64,000 bases of DNA, taken from contig OZ223209.1 of the NCBI GenBank assembly GCA_965140415.1, positions 512,001 through 576,000 of the forward strand, read 5' to 3'. A program made the translations under genes and the position numbers. This stretch comes from Myxococcota bacterium (lineage in GTDB: Bacteria > Myxococcota_A > SURF-8). This document shows, one piece after another, positions 60,940 to 64,000 of the stretch; position 1 is the stretch's first letter; each line of letters opens with the position of its first letter. A model generated the notes under the pieces. The model saw only the letters and a list, made by a program, of their open reading frames with translations, was not told where the DNA came from and did not search any database.

Positions 60940-61024
60940 ACAGAGACCCTCAATCCCGTTCCCCGCTGCAAATCCAATAATCCAAGTCGCGCCCACGATG
61001 CGCCGATTTAGCGGCGCGGCGCAA

Positions 61025-62233
61025 CTATATTTGTTTCAACAAGTCACCCAGAGTCTCAATCGCCGGAGCCAGATCCTCCAGCGACACCTGCGAGAAGGAC
61101 AACCTGAAGGTATTCTTTCCGGAGCCGTCCAAATAAAAAGGCGCACCGGCTACGAAGGCCACGTTATGATCGACCGCCAAATGCAACAATTCGGTGACGT
61201 CCTGATCTTCGGGCAGATGTACGAACAGGAAAAAACCGCCTAGAGGTCGATTCCAGCGCACGGTTTTCGGAAAATGGCGTTCCATCAATTCAAGGATGAC
61301 ATCGCGCTTGTTGCGATAGAAATCGCTGTTCTGCTTAATCTGCCGCTGCAAATAACCGCGCCGGATGAACTCCAGCGCTACATACTGCGCCAGCGAGTTC
61401 GTGCAGCAGTCCACGAATTGCTTGGCAATGGCCATCTTGCGAACGACTTCGGTTTCTCCCGCCAGCCAGGCCAGGCGCAGACCCGGCACGAAAATTTTAC
61501 TGAAGGAGTGCATGTGGATCACGCGCCCGACCGTATCCAGCGCTTTCAACGATGGTAGCGCCTCGCCTTCGAAACGCAGATCGCCATAGGGATCGTCTTC
61601 GAAGATCATCAGGTCGTGTTCCTCGGCCAGTTTCAGCATTCGCTTACGGCGCGTCAGACTTAAGGTCACACCGGTCGGATTCTGAAAATTCGGGATGACA
61701 TACACACCCTTGACGCGCTTACCCTGATCGTGCAGATTGTTAAGCGTTTGCGCCAGCAGATCGGTGTTCATGCCTTCATCATCCACCGGAACGCCCACCA
61801 TTTCGCCGCCTTGCGAACGCACCGCGCCGGAACCGCCGAAGTAGGTGGGCAGCCCGGCGATCACCACGTCGCCCGGTTCGATGAAAACCCGTGCAGCCAG
61901 ATCCATTCCCTGCTGCGAGCCGTGCAGGATCAGCATGTCATCGGGTTGACAATCAAAGCCCAAGTCGCGCTTGGCGATTTTGGACAATTCCTCCCGCAGA
62001 GCGGGAAGACCTTCGGTAGGGCCATATTGAAAGATTCGCTCAGGCTTGCTCTGCATGAGATCGGCTGTGATTTCCCGGATTTCCTCGGTGGGAAAAGTCG
62101 CCGGATCGGGCCAGCCGCCAGCCAGCGATTTCAAGCCGGGACGGTCGATCAGTTTGCAGATTTCCCGAATAGCGGAGGGCTGTGCGCCTTGTGCGATCGA
62201 GGTGAACAGGTGAGAGAATCGACCGGTAGACAT
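61025..62233 (-). CDS. PLP-dependent class I aminotransferase (LysN/MocR-catalytic-like)
   Basis: SAIRE, SLAGGWPDP, QYGPTEG, PNFQNPTG, EDDPYGDL, SFSKIFVPGLR. Confidence 0.92.
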   Translation of the reverse strand: MSTGRFSHLFTSIAQGAQPSAIREICKLIDRPGLKSLAGGWPDPATFPTEEIREITADLMQSKPERIFQYGPTEGLPALREELSKIAKRDLGFDCQPDDMLILHGSQQGMDLAARVFIEPGDVVIAGLPTYFGGSGAVRSQGGEMVGVPVDDEGMNTDLLAQTLNNLHDQGKRVKGVYVIPNFQNPTGVTLSLTRRKRMLKLAEEHDLMIFEDDPYGDLRFEGEALPSLKALDTVGRVIHMHSFSKIFVPGLRLAWLAGETEVVRKMAIAKQFVDCCTNSLAQYVALEFIRRGYLQRQIKQNSDFYRNKRDVILELMERHFPKTVRWNRPLGGFFLFVHLPEDQDVTELLHLAVDHNVAFVAGAPFYLDGSGKNTFRLSFSQVSLEDLAPAIETLGDLLKQI

Positions 62234-62289
62234 CAGGTACCTCCAATGTAAATCTCCCCGGCGGAAGATCCGCCGGAGAGTGAAAAAAC

Positions 62290-63549
62290 TCAGCGATGCA
62301 GATTCTTGGCGCAGACCACACCGATCCCGGCACGGGTCAGGGCATCGGCGGTCAGATTCAGCGAATGGTGCTTGTCGAGGTAGTTGAGTTGCAGTTTGTC
62401 CATCAAACCGGCTTCCACGATCTGCTCTTTGGGCAGGAAGTATTCCAGAATGTCGCTGGGATGTTCGCGGGTGACTTCGATGTCCGGTTCGCCGCCTTCA
62501 TGTTTGGCAGAAATATTGGGAACTTCCTTGGCGACTTCCACCAGTTCATCGCGGCGGTTGTAAGGCTGAACGACGATGGATTTATAGGTTTCGGTGATGT
62601 GATGCTCGAAGCGAACCACCTTTTCCAAACCCAGCGCTTTGCGCAATTTACTGGCCTGCCGGATGGTGTCGTTGTCTACCGAGTTACTGAAGTTGAAGCC
62701 GATCAGCGAGGTGGTGCCGTCTTCCCGCGCGAACAGGCGCGCCGCCATCAAGGTCCACAGCACCGCCATGGGATTGTCGTTGCCCATGTACACCGAAATC
62801 TTGAATTCGTTGTCGATGCCCATTTTGTGGATCAGGTAAGCGGCAAGAATAGTTCCCGCGTTGATATTGAGCACCTGCCGAATTCCGTAAGTAGTGTAAT
62901 AACGCAGGTATTCATCCACCCAGTCGAAGGGATGGCGATTGGGTTGGCCGATGCCGCCGAAATAACCGGTGATGGTGTCCGGTCCACCCAGATGCACGTT
63001 GGATCCGTCGGTGCCTTTGGTATCCAGCGTTTCGACGTAACTGGCGCCGATGATCTGCATGGCCGCCGCTACCGCCAGCGTGTCGCCGTTATCGGCCACT
63101 TGCTCTTGCATGTTACGCACGCGGATGATGCGCCCCGGCATCAGTTCGCGCTTTTCGATGGACTGCTTCGCCTGCGCAACCAGCCACGGGAAAAACTGTA
63201 ATGCGCTGATTTCCAACGTGACCGCGTTGTTTTCGTCGATGGACACATCCTTACCACCCAGCACCCGGTCGCGATAGTCGGCCACGGAAATAAAAGCGTT
63301 TTTATCCCGCTGTTCGGCCAGCCATTCGACATCCGCCAAGTAAGGCGAATTCATCTCCTTCAGCCGCCCCATCAAGCTATCCAACTGACGCGCGTCATTG
63401 GCTTTTTGGTTGATCGCGTCCGGGCCGCCATGACGCTCGACGACTTCCAGCAGGTCGTTGATGGTTTCATTATTTGGATCGGCCAACAGCGCATTGACTT
63501 CGTTCAATCGCTCGGCGGAAATGCTCAGTCGGTCGCGTAATTCACTCAT
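62290..63549 (-). CDS. conserved-looking hypothetical enzyme (419 aa)
   Basis: Long ORF with host codon usage; motif-rich (ETLDTKGTDGSNVHLGG, FEHHITE, SAKHEGG). Confidence 0.75.
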   Translation of the reverse strand: MSELRDRLSISAERLNEVNALLADPNNETINDLLEVVERHGGPDAINQKANDARQLDSLMGRLKEMNSPYLADVEWLAEQRDKNAFISVADYRDRVLGGKDVSIDENNAVTLEISALQFFPWLVAQAKQSIEKRELMPGRIIRVRNMQEQVADNGDTLAVAAAMQIIGASYVETLDTKGTDGSNVHLGGPDTITGYFGGIGQPNRHPFDWVDEYLRYYTTYGIRQVLNINAGTILAAYLIHKMGIDNEFKISVYMGNDNPMAVLWTLMAARLFAREDGTTSLIGFNFSNSVDNDTIRQASKLRKALGLEKVVRFEHHITETYKSIVVQPYNRRDELVEVAKEVPNISAKHEGGEPDIEVTREHPSDILEYFLPKEQIVEAGLMDKLQLNYLDKHHSLNLTADALTRAGIGVVCAKNLHR

Positions 63550-63614
63550 GTTTTTTTCTCCCACAAGGGTTGATGCTCGTTGGTTGTTGCGTTGGTTGTC
63601 GTTCTTAAACGGAA

Positions 63615-64000
63615 CTACTCGTATTTCTTGATCAATTCGGCGAACTTCTCGCCTTCGCCTTCGAGCATGTGGTAGCAGTGCTCATCCAGCGGGAAGGTTC
63701 CAGCGCGCACTTCATCGCCGTACGCTTTCAGTGCATCGGTTACGCTTTGCGCAACGTTGGCATATTTCTTGACGAATTTCGGTGTAAACGCCTGGAACTG
63801 ACCGATCACGTCGCTGACGATCAGCAGTTGACCATCGCAGTTCATGCCCGCGCCGATGCTCAGCACCGGAATGCGCAGCTTGCTCGCGATAAAGCCGCTG
63901 ACTTCCGGCGGAACCGCTTCCAGCAGCAACATATGAATGCCTGCTTCTTCCAGCGCCAAAGCGTCTTCGATCAGCGCCTGGGCCGACTCGACGGTGCGTC
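63615..64000 (-). CDS. panB: 3-methyl-2-oxobutanoate hydroxymethyltransferase (3' part)
   Basis: DALALEEAG..LLLEAVP, IPVLSIGAG..CDGQLLIVSD, PKFVKKY, VRAGTFP..EH. Confidence 0.95.
   Translation of the reverse strand, partial: RTVESAQALIEDALALEEAGIHMLLLEAVPPEVSGFIASKLRIPVLSIGAGMNCDGQLLIVSDVIGQFQAFTPKFVKKYANVAQSVTDALKAYGDEVRAGTFPLDEHCYHMLEGEGEKFAELIKKYE

Overview
Bacterial chromosomal window, probably from a Myxococcota/deltaproteobacterial-type organism (inferred from a GltI/AgmK-like giant TPR gene next to a GltJ/AgmX-like gene, and many Cys/Asp-rich lipoproteins). Host genes include asd (partial), a Zn-ribbon/charged-helix/TPR protein, comF, ferredoxin, a WG-repeat lipoprotein, an M49 peptidase, proC, acylphosphatase, a HAD phosphatase, a PqaA-like hydrolase, a B12/radical SAM enzyme, a PLP aminotransferase and panB (partial). 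The main finding is a ~19 kb single-strand virion-morphogenesis cluster (23368-42171, minus) with terminase, portal, scaffold, BPP-1-like capsid and cement protein, tail tube, chaperones with an intact A-AAA-AAC -1 slippery site, a 242-aa tape measure, hub, three paralogous fibre-like genes and a holin-like gene. I see no integrase, repressor, replication genes, endolysin or att site. A canonical intrinsic terminator sits directly before its first gene. The upstream IS4 element keeps a perfect 10-bp target duplication in a REP-like palindrome, so it did not delete an early module. The best reading is a candidate new gene transfer agent (GTA) under antitermination control; a decayed prophage is the alternative. 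All family assignments come from motif recognition by eye, not from database searches.
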